Shown piece by piece: positions 23,601 through 35,735 of a DNA stretch of 64,000 nucleotides. Position 1 is the first letter of the stretch; each line of letters opens with the position of its first letter. Origin of the DNA: Saprolegnia diclina VS20 (Eukaryota); NCBI RefSeq assembly GCF_000281045.1, contig NW_008246089.1, positions 206,737 through 270,736 on the forward strand. Direction: 5' to 3'. The translations under genes were made by a program, and so were the position numbers. Below the pieces are notes generated by a model. It worked only from the letters and a program-made list of their open reading frames with translations, had not been told where the DNA came from and did no database searches.

Positions 23601-24956
23601 TTATGCACCGAGCCAGTGGTTTTGGCCAAAACGCCAGCCAATTGTGGCGCCGGTCGAGATACCGAGGAAGAGACCGAGACACATGATGGCACCGGCCGAC
23701 TCGCGGTCGTCTTGAGGTACGAGGCGCGGGCCAAGGCCGAACGTGATTGTACTCAAGACACCAGTCGAGAGCCCGAGCATAAAGTTGATGAAGAGCTGCC
23801 AAAAGACGTTGAGCGCGTACGCGTCGCCCATGCAAAAGAGGGGGTTGGCGCCGTTGCCCGGGAGGCCCATGAGCAGCGCGACAAAGAGAACCCACCGAAC
23901 GAGCGTCCACGTAAAGCACGACTCGAGCGAAAAGTACGGGTACAGCTTGGGCGAGAGGACGCGGCCAAAAAAGTCCCCATAGTTGTAGCAGAGGAGGACG
24001 CCGTTGACGTACCAGGAGGCCCACGACGCGCCATGGAGCGCCGCGAGCTGGTTCCCAGACGAGATGCCAATGCCAGGAAAGGCCGTGAGCGAGCACACAT
24101 AAATGATAAACTGACTTGCGAGCGGGACCATGATGACGCGCGTGATGCGGCCGAGACGGCCCCACATCTCAAAGAGCGTCTCGCGGCTGGCGTGGCGCTT
24201 GGCGGTCTCAAGGTCGTTGCGTTCCATGAGGTAGTGGACGCTCGGAATCCGCAGCAGCTTGTGGAACGTAAACACCGCGAGGAAGCACACGACGATGAAG
24301 ACGCTGAAGAAAATGTAGAACGAGATCTTCTGGATGTTGGCCGTGTCTTGCGGTGCGGGCTTGATGCCGCCGACGCAGAGCTGGATGAGCGTGTTGAACG
24401 TAATGTTGATGATGCCGGACGCGCCGTTGCCCAATTGAATCGCGTTCGTAAACGCGGCCTCGGGAAAGAGGGCCGAGAGTGCGTAAAAGGCCGCCTCGGT
24501 GAGCGAGTTGGTAAAGCCGACGACGCCGAAAGCGATAAGGACGATCGTCCCTCCGGTCTGCGGGTCGGCGTCAAAGACGTCTTGGAGAATGACTGCGAGC
24601 GCGCAGAGCATGAAGAGCGAGTAGCCAATGAGGACACGGTTCCAGAGACCGAGCTTCTTGTCGAGACCAAAGATGACTTGGAAAAAGGTGCCTGCAAACA
24701 TGGGCCATGTCGTGACGGGCGTCGTCAAGTACTCAAACTGGAACGTCGAGTTGATAAAGCGGGCCGAGTAATATGTCTGCGCCGACAAGCACGAGTAGTA
24801 CGCCCAGAGGCACGAGCCGTTGAGGAAGAGAAGCGCCCACCAGATAAACCGGCGGTTCTCCTGGATGTTGTCAAGGACGTGGTACGGGATGTCTTCGTCC
24901 AGATCGTCGTAAATGATGAGCTTGGCGCTCTTCTGCTCCATGATCGGCGTGCCCAT
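23601..24956 (-). CDS. Equilibrative nucleoside transporter, paralogue 1
   Basis: About 11 TM helices with ALFP..FTNAIQLGNG.SG, LTAFPG, YNYGDFFGR and RESAG...LFLG..G. Intronless. Confidence 0.92.
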   Translation of the reverse strand: MGTPIMEQKSAKLIIYDDLDEDIPYHVLDNIQENRRFIWWALLFLNGSCLWAYYSCLSAQTYYSARFINSTFQFEYLTTPVTTWPMFAGTFFQVIFGLDKKLGLWNRVLIGYSLFMLCALAVILQDVFDADPQTGGTIVLIAFGVVGFTNSLTEAAFYALSALFPEAAFTNAIQLGNGASGIINITFNTLIQLCVGGIKPAPQDTANIQKISFYIFFSVFIVVCFLAVFTFHKLLRIPSVHYLMERNDLETAKRHASRETLFEMWGRLGRITRVIMVPLASQFIIYVCSLTAFPGIGISSGNQLAALHGASWASWYVNGVLLCYNYGDFFGRVLSPKLYPYFSLESCFTWTLVRWVLFVALLMGLPGNGANPLFCMGDAYALNVFWQLFINFMLGLSTGVLSTITFGLGPRLVPQDDRESAGAIMCLGLFLGISTGATIGWRFGQNHWLGA

Positions 24957-26465
24957 GGTGTTGCTAGTTCTGCTAGTCCGGTAGCGAAACCACGAATGCT
25001 ACCTTGGCGTCGCAGCAATCAACCCACCAGCGTGTCCCAGACAGAACAACTGGAAAACAGAATCCGTTGAAGGGGCGCGGGAAGCGTCGCTTGTTTACAT
25101 TGCGCTGGAGGAGGCGCTGTGACCGGCTGGGATATGCCACAGGATCTGATGCGATTCGTTTCCGACCAGGCGGCTCCATGGCAGAGTCGGTGCATCGTGG
25201 TCCTGGTATCGACAACGACGACGGCCGACAGAACACGATGACCGATGCCAGACACGTGATGCTCCATATGCTTTATCGATATCCTGCTTCTCGCATACGC
25301 AACCTTACAAACGTTGTGCGAGATGTGCCCGACGCCACGGAACACTCATCCGACACTCGAGGAGCGGTGCGTGCGTGCGTGTATGCAAAGAATCTACGTA
25401 GAGAGAGTGCGGCGAGATGAGCTCCTGCATGCACGAAGGCCCTCGCTGTGTACGAGCCATCCATTGCCACATTTGGTGCACCGTAATCGAAACTGTCAAA
25501 AAGTGCAAAGTAACGGCCGAGTAGCCAGCCACTGGGTATACTGAAACCAAGTCGATGCAACACGGAGCCAAAACCTCCTAGGACATCTCACAGGTGGGAG
25601 CAAGGTGTGGGTGGATGCTACGTAATAAAACCTGCCGCGCCGACAGATTGGTCGCACCCAGAAAGACTCGGTCTTCGAACCAGTTCGCGATTATGTTGCT
25701 GGGACGAAGCGCGCTGCGGTAGAAGCCTTGTGCTACCTCCGGGCGCTGGATTTGCGACTCGTGTCGCAGTCTCGACAGGCGAGCGGTCGGCATGATTTGC
25801 AGGTTCCCTGTTGCCGTGGACCGTCCCGCACGAGACACACCAATTCGGTGACATATCACATGCAGACTTTGTCAAAAAGAAAATCTCGGCAGGCACCATC
25901 ACATGGATGGGCTATGCACTCATGTACAAGCTTCGTCAATGACAAATGACTTGACTTTAGTTGTAGCTCACGTTGTAATACGTAGTTGACAGATCCCTTG
26001 CAGTGTATTTTGGTGCCCGACGTTGGTTCAACGGCAGTAATACATAGCGGACAGTTTCCTTGCAGTGAACAGTAGACGGACTTTACCCCAAGCAGCGCAC
26101 AGTGCAAGGACGTGGAGCGATCAACTGGAGGGAAGTACTGTGTGTTCGCACGGCACTCGTTCACCATCATCCACGGAGCTTGGTTGAGGTACTCTCTGAA
26201 CATCTTGAAGAACAACGATGCAGTGGTTTGTGCTGAAGCCATCATGAGATTACAACTGGACCGGGAAGCTGAACCGCAGGCAAAATGTCCACGACATTCC
26301 GGTATCGTTCTGGCACCTCTCCTGTCCCCACGGGCACCTTTCAGATCTAAAACGAAAAATCGTATCGCCATTCCGTAGGAGAAGCGATCCAGAATCCTAG
26401 TACGAACGCTGTACAACTCCTCTGATGCTGGTACACTTTTGGGAGGGGCCACGAACCCAAGTTGC

Positions 26466-26500
26466 GTCGGGCAGAGCTGTCGGGCAGAGCTGTCGGGCAG
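26466..26500 (+). repeat. 13-bp tandem repeat (gtcgggcagagct) x about 2.7
   Basis: Read directly from the sequence. Confidence 0.85.
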
Positions 26501-26816
26501 TGGTGTTTCGCACCGGTGATCGTTCAGGTTCAAATACTGTTTTGTGGTTCAAAACAGTGTGTATACTCTGCTTTGCGTCTATTCTGTTTTAGAACAGTGG
26601 CTGACCCAGCAACGTGATGAGCTTCATATTCGATTCCTCTCCCGTAGTCTTTGCACCGGTTTGCCTGGCGATTGGTCAGCACGACATCAATGGCGACTGA
26701 ATGCCCAGAACAAGGAAGCCGCCTGGTTGCCTCAGCGGCTGTCAACAAACCCCAGTACCCTCAGTATGCGTGTGCAGGCACATACCATGAAACCACAATT
26801 GCATCCCGAAATCTTT

Positions 26817-27241
26817 NNNNNNNNNNNNNNNNNNNNNNNNNNNNNNNNNNNNNNNNNNNNNNNNNNNNNNNNNNNNNNNNNNNNNNNNNNNNNNNNNNNN
26901 NNNNNNNNNNNNNNNNNNNNNNNNNNNNNNNNNNNNNNNNNNNNNNNNNNNNNNNNNNNNNNNNNNNNNNNNNNNNNNNNNNNNNNNNNNNNNNNNNNNN
27001 NNNNNNNNNNNNNNNNNNNNNNNNNNNNNNNNNNNNNNNNNNNNNNNNNNNNNNNNNNNNNNNNNNNNNNNNNNNNNNNNNNNNNNNNNNNNNNNNNNNN
27101 NNNNNNNNNNNNNNNNNNNNNNNNNNNNNNNNNNNNNNNNNNNNNNNNNNNNNNNNNNNNNNNNNNNNNNNNNNNNNNNNNNNNNNNNNNNNNNNNNNNN
27201 NNNNNNNNNNNNNNNNNNNNNNNNNNNNNNNNNNNNNNNNN
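26817..27241. other. Assembly gap (425 N)
   Basis: Run of N. Confidence 1.
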
Positions 27242-29526
27242 CCTGGCGAGTCTATAGCAACTTGAATCGCAACGATGCAGCGTATTCCTCATCGTCGCGG
27301 TGGCCAAGTACGTGCATCATGATTGGCATCGAGGCCAGTGCATCGAGCGCGGGCAGATCGATGTGATTCGTCTGACGGGGTGACATTGAGTCTTCTTGTT
27401 CGTTGTTGGTCGTAGCAACAACAAGCAACCAAGGATCCTCGCCAGATGCAATCTTCCCGACTTGCACCCCCATAGCGCTCGCCACTGGAGGTCCATCCAT
27501 CTGCCGCACACGATTCGCACTTGCTGTTGTTGTCCAATGGTCTCCTACACTCTCCTCGGTCGAAGTCATTTGCCTTGCTAGTAGTGCACATGAAAGGCAT
27601 GCTGGCGTTCTTGGACGATGCCCGACGTCGTCGCACCCTATGCACCCACCGTTATCACTGTCTGTTGGCGCGTGTGTGGCTGCGAGCGACCTCGCTTCTG
27701 CATCAGTGGTCTTTCGTCGCAGTCGCACGAGGAGTAGGAGGAGCAGGACAGATTCACGAGGCATTCCAACACACATGCATATATGGGTAATACTCGAACG
27801 AGCACAAGCGAGCCGTCGCGGATGCCCACCGAACGAGTCGAATCGCGTGGGCTGGCGAAATAGGTGCCCGCGACCGCCCCGCCGCTACGGAACCGAGTAG
27901 CTATTTGCATTCGACGACGAAGACAACGATCGAAGCAAAGTGGGTGCGACCACGGAAGGGACGGCATCGCTGTACCTTGCTGGCGTCGACGAAACTGACG
28001 GCTGCGCCGCGCCGTCGCTTTGCGGCGTACCCGCCGTCACCCAGGTCGGTCTCGGACGTGTGGCGCGCGTCGAGTGGTGGCAGCCGTAGACGTGACCAGC
28101 GACCATGGCAGATGGCACGTCCACGTGGCGGAATACGCAACAAAAGCGGCGCCGGATGCGGCATCGCCGTCTCGGCCACTGACGCCCACCGCCGATTACA
28201 AGACACAGCTTTGAAGTGTTGCATCGACACGAGCTGGCAGGATTCGGCGCGAAGTTGGCGCTTTTTTCTTTCGAGGACGACGGCGTGGGACGTGAAGCTC
28301 AAGCAATTACCCGTTTTGGGTAGTAGCCATAACCAGAGGCGCGCCTAGCACGCGATAAATGTGAAGTTGGGGCGACGTTGCGAGGTTCTTTTATTTGGTG
28401 GCGCCACGAGGCGCCGTCGACGACGCATCGTCATCGATAACTTTACTTCTCGCGCGCATTGTGATTGGACGAGGCGCCAACATAGCGTGGGAGGATCCAC
28501 CGCAAAAGTGGCTGCCTATGTGATCTCAAAGGTTGTCTAGACACGTTCAAGCCTGCAAGAGGCCAGCGTGCGCATCTTGGTGCGACGCCTGGTTCAGGCT
28601 GCCGATGCCACATGCTTGAACTCCGAGGCTTTTTGTCCCAGGCCTTTCACATCTAATAATTACGACTGTGGGATGGCGCTCCACTTTCTTGAGCTTCAAG
28701 AGTCGCGTTCTCTGCCAAGTTTGTGGCGGCGCCCGTGGCCTCCGTCCGCAGCTGCCATACAAACACAAAGAGAGGCAGAGAGCGCTCAGCTTGAAAGAAT
28801 CGGCGGGGCGACGCCACTTGGCGCCAGGGACGGCCCACGCTGCGCGTTTTTGAGCCCACACGAGGCCCACTCTCGGTAGCAAGTCCCCCTCGCAGTGTCC
28901 TGGCGTTGCGCGTTGCTGGATTTTCGCCGGCGGTGCAAGCTGAAGCAGTAATGCGACGGGTCCGCACGCGCCGAGTTTGGTCTCTTCCGCAGCGCAGGGG
29001 CTTCCGATTGCGGTGGGAAGATCGATACGACTAGCGACGCACGCCGCTTGAAGCTAGCCAGGTACAGCACCCACGCCACCGCGCTAGTTCAAGCAGACTT
29101 TGGTGCTCGTGGCGCGGATTCCGATCTGATGCACGAAAATGCATATTTTTCCCGACGCCCCGCGGAGCCCCCGAGATGCACGCTGCCAAAGCGTCCTTGT
29201 CGACCGTCGCAGAAGCAAGGTACCACGCGCAAGCGTTTTTATGGATCTGCGTTCATAGCTTCCGCATCGCAGGCGCTTGTTTCTGTGCACCGTCGATGTC
29301 AATTCGCGGCGCGTCCATACGCCATGTGCGAGTTCCGACCCCACCAGGCAGCGACAACGTCAAAATATGCATTTCAATCCCTGACATCGATACGGACGAG
29401 GCGGCCCAGGCTCCGTCACGACCAACCACCGCGTGGCCTAGAAAGGCCATTACAACTTCAAGTATAAAGTCTGCGAGGTTTCGTACGTCACCACGTGCTG
29501 CCAGCAAGTTTTGCGAGCGTCAAAGT

Positions 29527-29543
29527 CGCTCACTTTGCAATTC
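29527..29543 (+). promoter_or_regulatory. Oomycete Inr-FPR-like core promoter (GCTCACTTTGCAATTC)
   Basis: Resembles the known GCTCATTYYNCAWTTY consensus and starts about 25 bp upstream of the ENT2 ATG. Confidence 0.6.
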
Positions 29544-29551
29544 CTTCCATC

Positions 29552-30904
29552 ATGGAGACACCGATCGAGGACCAGAAGAACGCCAAGCTCATCGTCAACG
29601 AGGGCGAGGAGGACATCCCGGCCCACGTGACCGAGAACATCCAGGAGAACCGCCGCGCGATCTGGTGGTCGCTCCTCTTCCTCAACGGCTCGTGCCTCTG
29701 GGCGTACTACTCGTGCTTGACGGCGCAGTCGTACTACACGACGCGCTTCGCATCGACGTCGTTCAACTTTGCCTACCTCACGACGCCCGTCACGACGTGG
29801 CCCATGTTTGTCGGCCAGCTCATCCAGGTCTTCCTCGGCCTCGACAAGAAGATGGGCATGTGGAACCGCGTCCGCGTCGGCTTTGCCATCTACGCCCTCT
29901 GCGCGCTTGCCATTATCCTCCAGAACGCCTTTGACGCCGAGCCCCAGACCGGCGCCGTCATCGTGCTCATCTCCTTTGCCGTCATTGGTTTGACGAACGC
30001 CTTGACCGAAGCAGGCTTCTACGCCATGTCGGCGCTCTTTCCGGAAGCCTCGTTCACGAACGCGATCCAGATGGGCAACGGCACGTCGGGTGTCATCAAC
30101 GTCACGATCAACACGCTCCTCCAGCTCTTCGTCGGCGGCCTTCACCCCAAGCCCGAAGACACGGCCAACGTGCAGAAGATCGCCTTCTACATTTTCTTCA
30201 GCGTCTTCATCCCCGTCTGCTTCCTCGCCGTCTACGTCTTCTGGCGCCTCATGCAAATCCCCGCCGTCAAGTACCTCATGGAACGCAACGAAGCCGAGAC
30301 GATTCGCCGCGCCGCCAACCAGGAAACGTACCCGGAGATGTGGTCGCGCCTCTTCCGCATCGGTGGTGTCGTCATCCTCCCGCTCATGTGCCAGTTCATC
30401 ATCTTCCTCTGCTCGCTCACGGCCTTCCCGGGTATCTCGATCACGGCCGGTTTCCAGATGGCTGGTGCCGCCAAGGCTGACTGGGGCCTCTGGTACCTCA
30501 ACGGCGTGCTCCTCTGCTACAACTATGGTGATTTCACCGGTCGTGTCATCTCGCCCTACTTCTACCGCTTCTTCACGCTCAAGTCGTGCTTCCTCTGGAC
30601 GATTATCCGCTGGGTGCTCTTCATCTTCATCCTCATCGGTCTCCCCGGCGGCGACAAGAACCCGCTCTACGCCATGGGCACGGCCTTCGCCTTTAACCAG
30701 TTCTGGCTCCTCTTCATCAACTTTGTGCTCGGTATCACGACCGGTGTCCTCTCGACGATCACGTTCGGTCTTGGCCCGCGCCTTGTGCCCCAGGAAGACC
30801 GCGAGTCGGCCGGTGCCCTCATGTGCCTTGGTCTCTTCCTCGGTATCTCGTCGGGTGCCACGATCGGCTGGCAGTTTGGCGAGCACCACTGGCTCGGCGC
30901 GTAA
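29552..30904 (+). CDS. Equilibrative nucleoside transporter, paralogue 2
   Basis: Same ENT motifs. METPIEDQKNAKLI start; very strong C/G-ending codon bias. Confidence 0.93.
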   Translation: METPIEDQKNAKLIVNEGEEDIPAHVTENIQENRRAIWWSLLFLNGSCLWAYYSCLTAQSYYTTRFASTSFNFAYLTTPVTTWPMFVGQLIQVFLGLDKKMGMWNRVRVGFAIYALCALAIILQNAFDAEPQTGAVIVLISFAVIGLTNALTEAGFYAMSALFPEASFTNAIQMGNGTSGVINVTINTLLQLFVGGLHPKPEDTANVQKIAFYIFFSVFIPVCFLAVYVFWRLMQIPAVKYLMERNEAETIRRAANQETYPEMWSRLFRIGGVVILPLMCQFIIFLCSLTAFPGISITAGFQMAGAAKADWGLWYLNGVLLCYNYGDFTGRVISPYFYRFFTLKSCFLWTIIRWVLFIFILIGLPGGDKNPLYAMGTAFAFNQFWLLFINFVLGITTGVLSTITFGLGPRLVPQEDRESAGALMCLGLFLGISSGATIGWQFGEHHWLGA

Positions 30905-31728
30905 GCAACCAATAGTGTGTACAATGTTATGTGTGGTAGACTCAAAACATCCTCCTGGAGGCTTAACCATTTTTACGAATGTCAATCTTTCGGTTGCGAT
31001 AACTTCAATCTTCACACCCATCTACGTCCATGAGCCCGTAGAAAATATATTTGCTCGAGCGCTATCCTGCCATTTAAGTGGTGCTGACACGCCGCCAAAG
31101 TTGTGGCAAGGCTCGAAAGAGGAAGCGATGCGCCTGTCGACATCGTATCTGCGACCAAAACCACCTTACAATTGTACAACCTGACACCGTTAGCACACAC
31201 CCGATCGAACTTGGGTGCGTCCTGGATGTCACCTTGTCTCGGATGGCGTGGTTACTGCTCTCACACTTTGTGCTATGCCAAGGTCGGACAAAATAGAAGG
31301 GAGTCATCACGTCGGTGCAAGGACAATGACGCAGCCCCGTAAGAGCGGCTCGGACGTTGACCATAAACGGTCCCCGCGGTGGATCCGAAGCGTCGCTGCG
31401 TTCGGTCCGTCCTCCTTGATCTCGATGGTGTACCGTATTCGGCAAAGCCGACGGTCCACCTTTGAAATACTTGCATGAGCAGATGGCTCGCAGCTCGCAA
31501 AAAACAAAGCTTTTCCCGCCAGAACGTTAGGCGGGCGAAAAGGTCTGCGTTTGAAATGCATGCATTTTCCCACATCATTTCAAATATGCTTGGCAAAAAT
31601 GCATAAAAGAGACTCAATTTCGTCGCGAAGCATTGATCATAGAACAACAGGCAACTTCAACGTCGAAAAGGCTCCACCTCGACACGTTCGTCATTCGACG
31701 ACTCCACACGTAGATCCCAGGCGCCACG

Positions 31729-33093
31729 ATGGAGACACCCGTGCCGCAGCATAAGAACGCTAAGCTCCTCAGCGTCAACAGCGCCGCTGACGACCACGAC
31801 GACATTCCCGTGTCCGTGGCCGACAACATCCAGGAGAACCGCCGCTTCATTTGGTGGTCGCTCCTCTTCCTCAACGGGTCGTGTCTCTGGGCGTACTACT
31901 CGTGCTTGTCGGCGCAGTCGTACTACGAGTCGCGCTTTGCGTCGACGTCGTTCAATTTTGCGTATTTGACGACGCCCGTCACGACGTGGCCCATGTTTGT
32001 GGGCCATCTCGTACAAGTGGCGTTTGGCCTTGACAAGAAGCTCGGCATGTGGAATCGCGTACGTATTGGCTATGCACTCTACGCGATCGCTGCGCTCGTC
32101 ATCATTCTCCAAAACGTCTTGGACGTGGCGCCGCAGACGGGCGCGACCATCGTGCTTCTCATGTTTGGGCTCATTGGGCTCACCAACTCGCTGACAGAGG
32201 CAGGCTTTTACGCGCTCTCGGCGCTCTTTCCCGAAGCATCGTTCACAAACGCGATCCAGATGGGCAACGGCACGTCCGGTCTCATCAACGTGACGCTCAA
32301 CACACTCATTCAGCTCGTCGTGGGCGGCATCCACCCCGCGGCCAAAGACGCAGCCGACATCCAAAAGATCTCGTTCTACATCTTCTTTAGCGTCTTCATC
32401 CTCGTGTGCTTCCTCGCCGTCTACCTCTTTCACAAACTACTCCAGATCCCCTCGGTGCAGTACCTCGTCGAGCGCAACGACAACGAGACGGCCCGACGCG
32501 CGGCCAACAAGGAATCGCTGCCAGCGATGTGGGCGCGCCTCCTGCGGATCACGGGCGTCATCATGATCCCGCTCACGTGTCAGTTTCTCATATTTCTGTG
32601 CTCACTCACGGCCTTTCCTGGCATTGGCATCACGGCCGGTTTTCAGCTCGCAGCGAAATCCGGCGCCACGTGGGGCACTTGGTACATCAACGGCGTGCTT
32701 CTAAGCTACAATTATGGCGACTTTTTCGGCCGGCTCCTCTCGCCGAATTTGTACAAGTACTTTACGATGCAATCGTGCTTTCTCTGGACTATTCTCCGCT
32801 GGGGTTTGTTTGTACTGCTCTTGCTCGGGCTCCCCGGCGGCGGCCAAAATCCGCTCTTTGCCATGGCGTCGGCCCACGACTTCAATATTTTTTGGATGCT
32901 CTTTATCAACTTTATACTCGGGCTCTCAACAGGTGTCTTGAGTACGATCACGTTCGGCCTTGGCCCGCGCCTCGTACCACAAGACGACCGCGAGTCGGCC
33001 GGGGCCATCATGTGCCTCGGGCTCTTCCTCGGCATCTCGTCCGGCGCGACGATCGGCTGGCAGTTTGGCAAGAACCACTGGCTCGGCGCCTAA
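31729..33093 (+). CDS. Equilibrative nucleoside transporter, paralogue 3
   Basis: Same ENT motifs, ends HWLGA. Confidence 0.93.
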   Translation: METPVPQHKNAKLLSVNSAADDHDDIPVSVADNIQENRRFIWWSLLFLNGSCLWAYYSCLSAQSYYESRFASTSFNFAYLTTPVTTWPMFVGHLVQVAFGLDKKLGMWNRVRIGYALYAIAALVIILQNVLDVAPQTGATIVLLMFGLIGLTNSLTEAGFYALSALFPEASFTNAIQMGNGTSGLINVTLNTLIQLVVGGIHPAAKDAADIQKISFYIFFSVFILVCFLAVYLFHKLLQIPSVQYLVERNDNETARRAANKESLPAMWARLLRITGVIMIPLTCQFLIFLCSLTAFPGIGITAGFQLAAKSGATWGTWYINGVLLSYNYGDFFGRLLSPNLYKYFTMQSCFLWTILRWGLFVLLLLGLPGGGQNPLFAMASAHDFNIFWMLFINFILGLSTGVLSTITFGLGPRLVPQDDRESAGAIMCLGLFLGISSGATIGWQFGKNHWLGA

Positions 33094-33509
33094 GAGTTTG
33101 CTTGTGAGTTGGTGTAATCAATCTCACCTTTTCGAGAGTGCACAATTCGTATATGGAGCACGCGGTTGAAGACGAACTTGGACGTTGCAGCGGAGTAGTT
33201 GATAGTGAGGTTCGTGGGGTTAGGGTGGTGGCGGTGTCGAGTGCTTCAAGACGTGATTCTTCACCGACGATGTCGCAACGCCAGAGGGCTCGAGTGCGAT
33301 ATTTTTCACGGTGCTACGTTGAATATGCTCAAGTGTTGGTTGGCGATTGCATTTGTACAGTATCATCAAAACGAGGACCACCGTCCGATTTGAAAAGCAT
33401 TTGCGATGCTTACTATGAGTAAGAACCGATAAACATTTACAAAGTTGGGAATCTGTACACAATACACGGTTTCATTATAGAAGCGTCACTAACTCTAGTT
33501 GTCCTAGGA

Positions 33510-34904
33510 TTACGCGCCAAGCCAGTGCTGGACGCCAAACTGCCAGCCGACGGTCGCGCCGGACGAGATGCCAAAGAAAAGACCAAGGCAGAGGATCGCG
33601 CCGGCCGACTCGCGGTCGTCTTGGGGCACGAGGCGCGAGCCAAGGCCGAGCGAGATCGTGCTCAAAATACCGTTCGTGACACCGACAAGGAGCGTGATAA
33701 AAAGCTGCCAAAAGATGTTGAAGTCGTGGGCCGACGCCATCGCAAAGAGCGGGTTCTTGGTCGGGTTGCCCTCGGCGTCGAGACCCGGGAGGCCGATGAG
33801 GAGGAGAATGAAGAAGCCCCAGCGCACGAGCGAGTAGAGGAAGCACGACTGGAGCGTAAAGAACTTGTAGAGCTTGTGCGCGACGAGCCGGCCAAAGAAA
33901 TCACCATAGTTGTAGCTCAGAAGCACGCCGTTGATGTACCACGTGGTCCACGACGCGCCCTTGGCGAGCTGAATGCCGGACGAGATGCCAATGCCGGGGA
34001 AGACCGTGAGCGAGCAGAGGAAGACAATGATGATGCAGAGGAGCGGCACAGCCACGGCCGACGTGATGCGGCCGAGGCGCGCCCACATCTCAGGGTACGA
34101 TTCCTTGTTGGCCGCGCGGCGGGCGGTCTCGGCATCGTTGCGCTCCATAAGGTGGTGCACGGCCGGAATGCGCATCATCTTGTGGAAGACGTACACCGCG
34201 ATGAAGCAGACGATGATCCAGACGCTGATGAAGATGTAGAACGAGATCTTGGAAATGTCGCGCTTGTCTTCCGGCGCGGGGTTGGTACCGCCGACGATGA
34301 GCTGAATGAGCGTGTTGAGCGTCACGTTGATGATGCCGGACGTGCCGTTGCCCATTTGGACGGCGTCGGTGAAGATCGCATCCGGGAAGAGCGCCGAGAG
34401 CGCGTAAAAGCCCGACTCGGTCAGCGAGTTCATGAAGCCGACGACCGCAAACGCAATGAGGACAATGATCGCACCGGTGTCCGGCGACGCGCCGAACGCG
34501 TCTTGAAAGATGATGGCGAGCGCGCAGAGCACGAGGATCGAGTACCCAATATGGATGCGGTTCTTGAAGCCGAGCTTCTTGTCGAGACCGAGACTCACTT
34601 GGGTAAAGTGGCCGACAAACATGGGCCACGTCGTGACAAGCGTCGTCAGATACTCAAACTTGTACTTGGTGTCCTTGAAGCGGTCGTTGTAGTACGTTTG
34701 CGCCGACAAGCACGAGTAGTACGCCCAGAGGCACGACCCGTTCAGAAAGAGAAGCGACCACCAAATGAACCGGCGGTTCTCCTGGATGTTGGTCAAGACG
34801 TCATCGGGGATCTCGTTGGGCGCCTCGCCGGTCACGAGGAGCTTGGTCGTCTTGTCGAAGACGAGGAGCTTGGTCGTCTTCTGATCGTTGGCGGGCGACT
34901 CCAT
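33510..34904 (-). CDS. Equilibrative nucleoside transporter, paralogue 4
   Basis: Same ENT motifs; N-terminal KTTKLLV is duplicated. Confidence 0.92.
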   Translation of the reverse strand: MESPANDQKTTKLLVFDKTTKLLVTGEAPNEIPDDVLTNIQENRRFIWWSLLFLNGSCLWAYYSCLSAQTYYNDRFKDTKYKFEYLTTLVTTWPMFVGHFTQVSLGLDKKLGFKNRIHIGYSILVLCALAIIFQDAFGASPDTGAIIVLIAFAVVGFMNSLTESGFYALSALFPDAIFTDAVQMGNGTSGIINVTLNTLIQLIVGGTNPAPEDKRDISKISFYIFISVWIIVCFIAVYVFHKMMRIPAVHHLMERNDAETARRAANKESYPEMWARLGRITSAVAVPLLCIIIVFLCSLTVFPGIGISSGIQLAKGASWTTWYINGVLLSYNYGDFFGRLVAHKLYKFFTLQSCFLYSLVRWGFFILLLIGLPGLDAEGNPTKNPLFAMASAHDFNIFWQLFITLLVGVTNGILSTISLGLGSRLVPQDDRESAGAILCLGLFFGISSGATVGWQFGVQHWLGA

Positions 34905-35735
34905 TGCAGTTCTATCTGGCTGTGCCCGAGGTGGCCGATTGCAAAATGACTGCTGTCCCAAGTCGCTCGTTTGCTAGGTCGGACAATCCCGATCCATGCG
35001 GTACCCACACGTGGCGTACTTGTTGAAGCTCTCTGGATCTCTGTCACGCGACCTCATTGGCCCTCAACGCTTCAACTTGGAGGTCGCGGCCCGCGGATTC
35101 TCAATGTCGGCGCTCTAACTGCATATTTTGTATACTTGACTTTGTATGCCAGGGCACGCGTGGCGCCCCGGTCGCCAAGCGAATAACCTGACAAAAAGGC
35201 GTTTAAATCGACGCCAAATTCGCGCCTGCTGAGCTGGCAGGCTGCGCGACGACCGCCCAAGGACACCAAGGGCTCATCGACCCCGCGTGCGGCTACCGTT
35301 TGCATAGGGCGCCGTCGACCGCGCCGGCCGCGGACGGCGGAGCCTCATGAAAAATATGCGCCCTGGCCGCCAGCGTCGGTTTGGCACCGGCCGCAGCACG
35401 CCAGTGATCTCGGTACCATGTGGCGTTGACCTGCGACAGGTGCCGATACAGCCCCGGTGTGCACCTGTTGTCGTCCATAACATTGGGCCTGTCGCATACA
35501 CGTGGCATGTGGGCCGGCCACGACAGCAAACACGCGAGACGGGGCCATGACGACCATGGTACAGGACATGTCCCCGACTCGCGGAGGACGCTGCAAGCTG
35601 GAGCGACGAGGTTTCTGGACGACCAGCAATGTAGATAGAATCAACAATGGAAGAAGAAGAAGACGAATGAGGATATTACGGCTGGGTGAGGACGTTCGAT
35701 TCGACGCTCTACACACGTTGTCGGTGAGCGTTCTA

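Noticed and set aside
26544..27307. ORFs spanning the N run
   Set aside because: Artefacts of the assembly gap.
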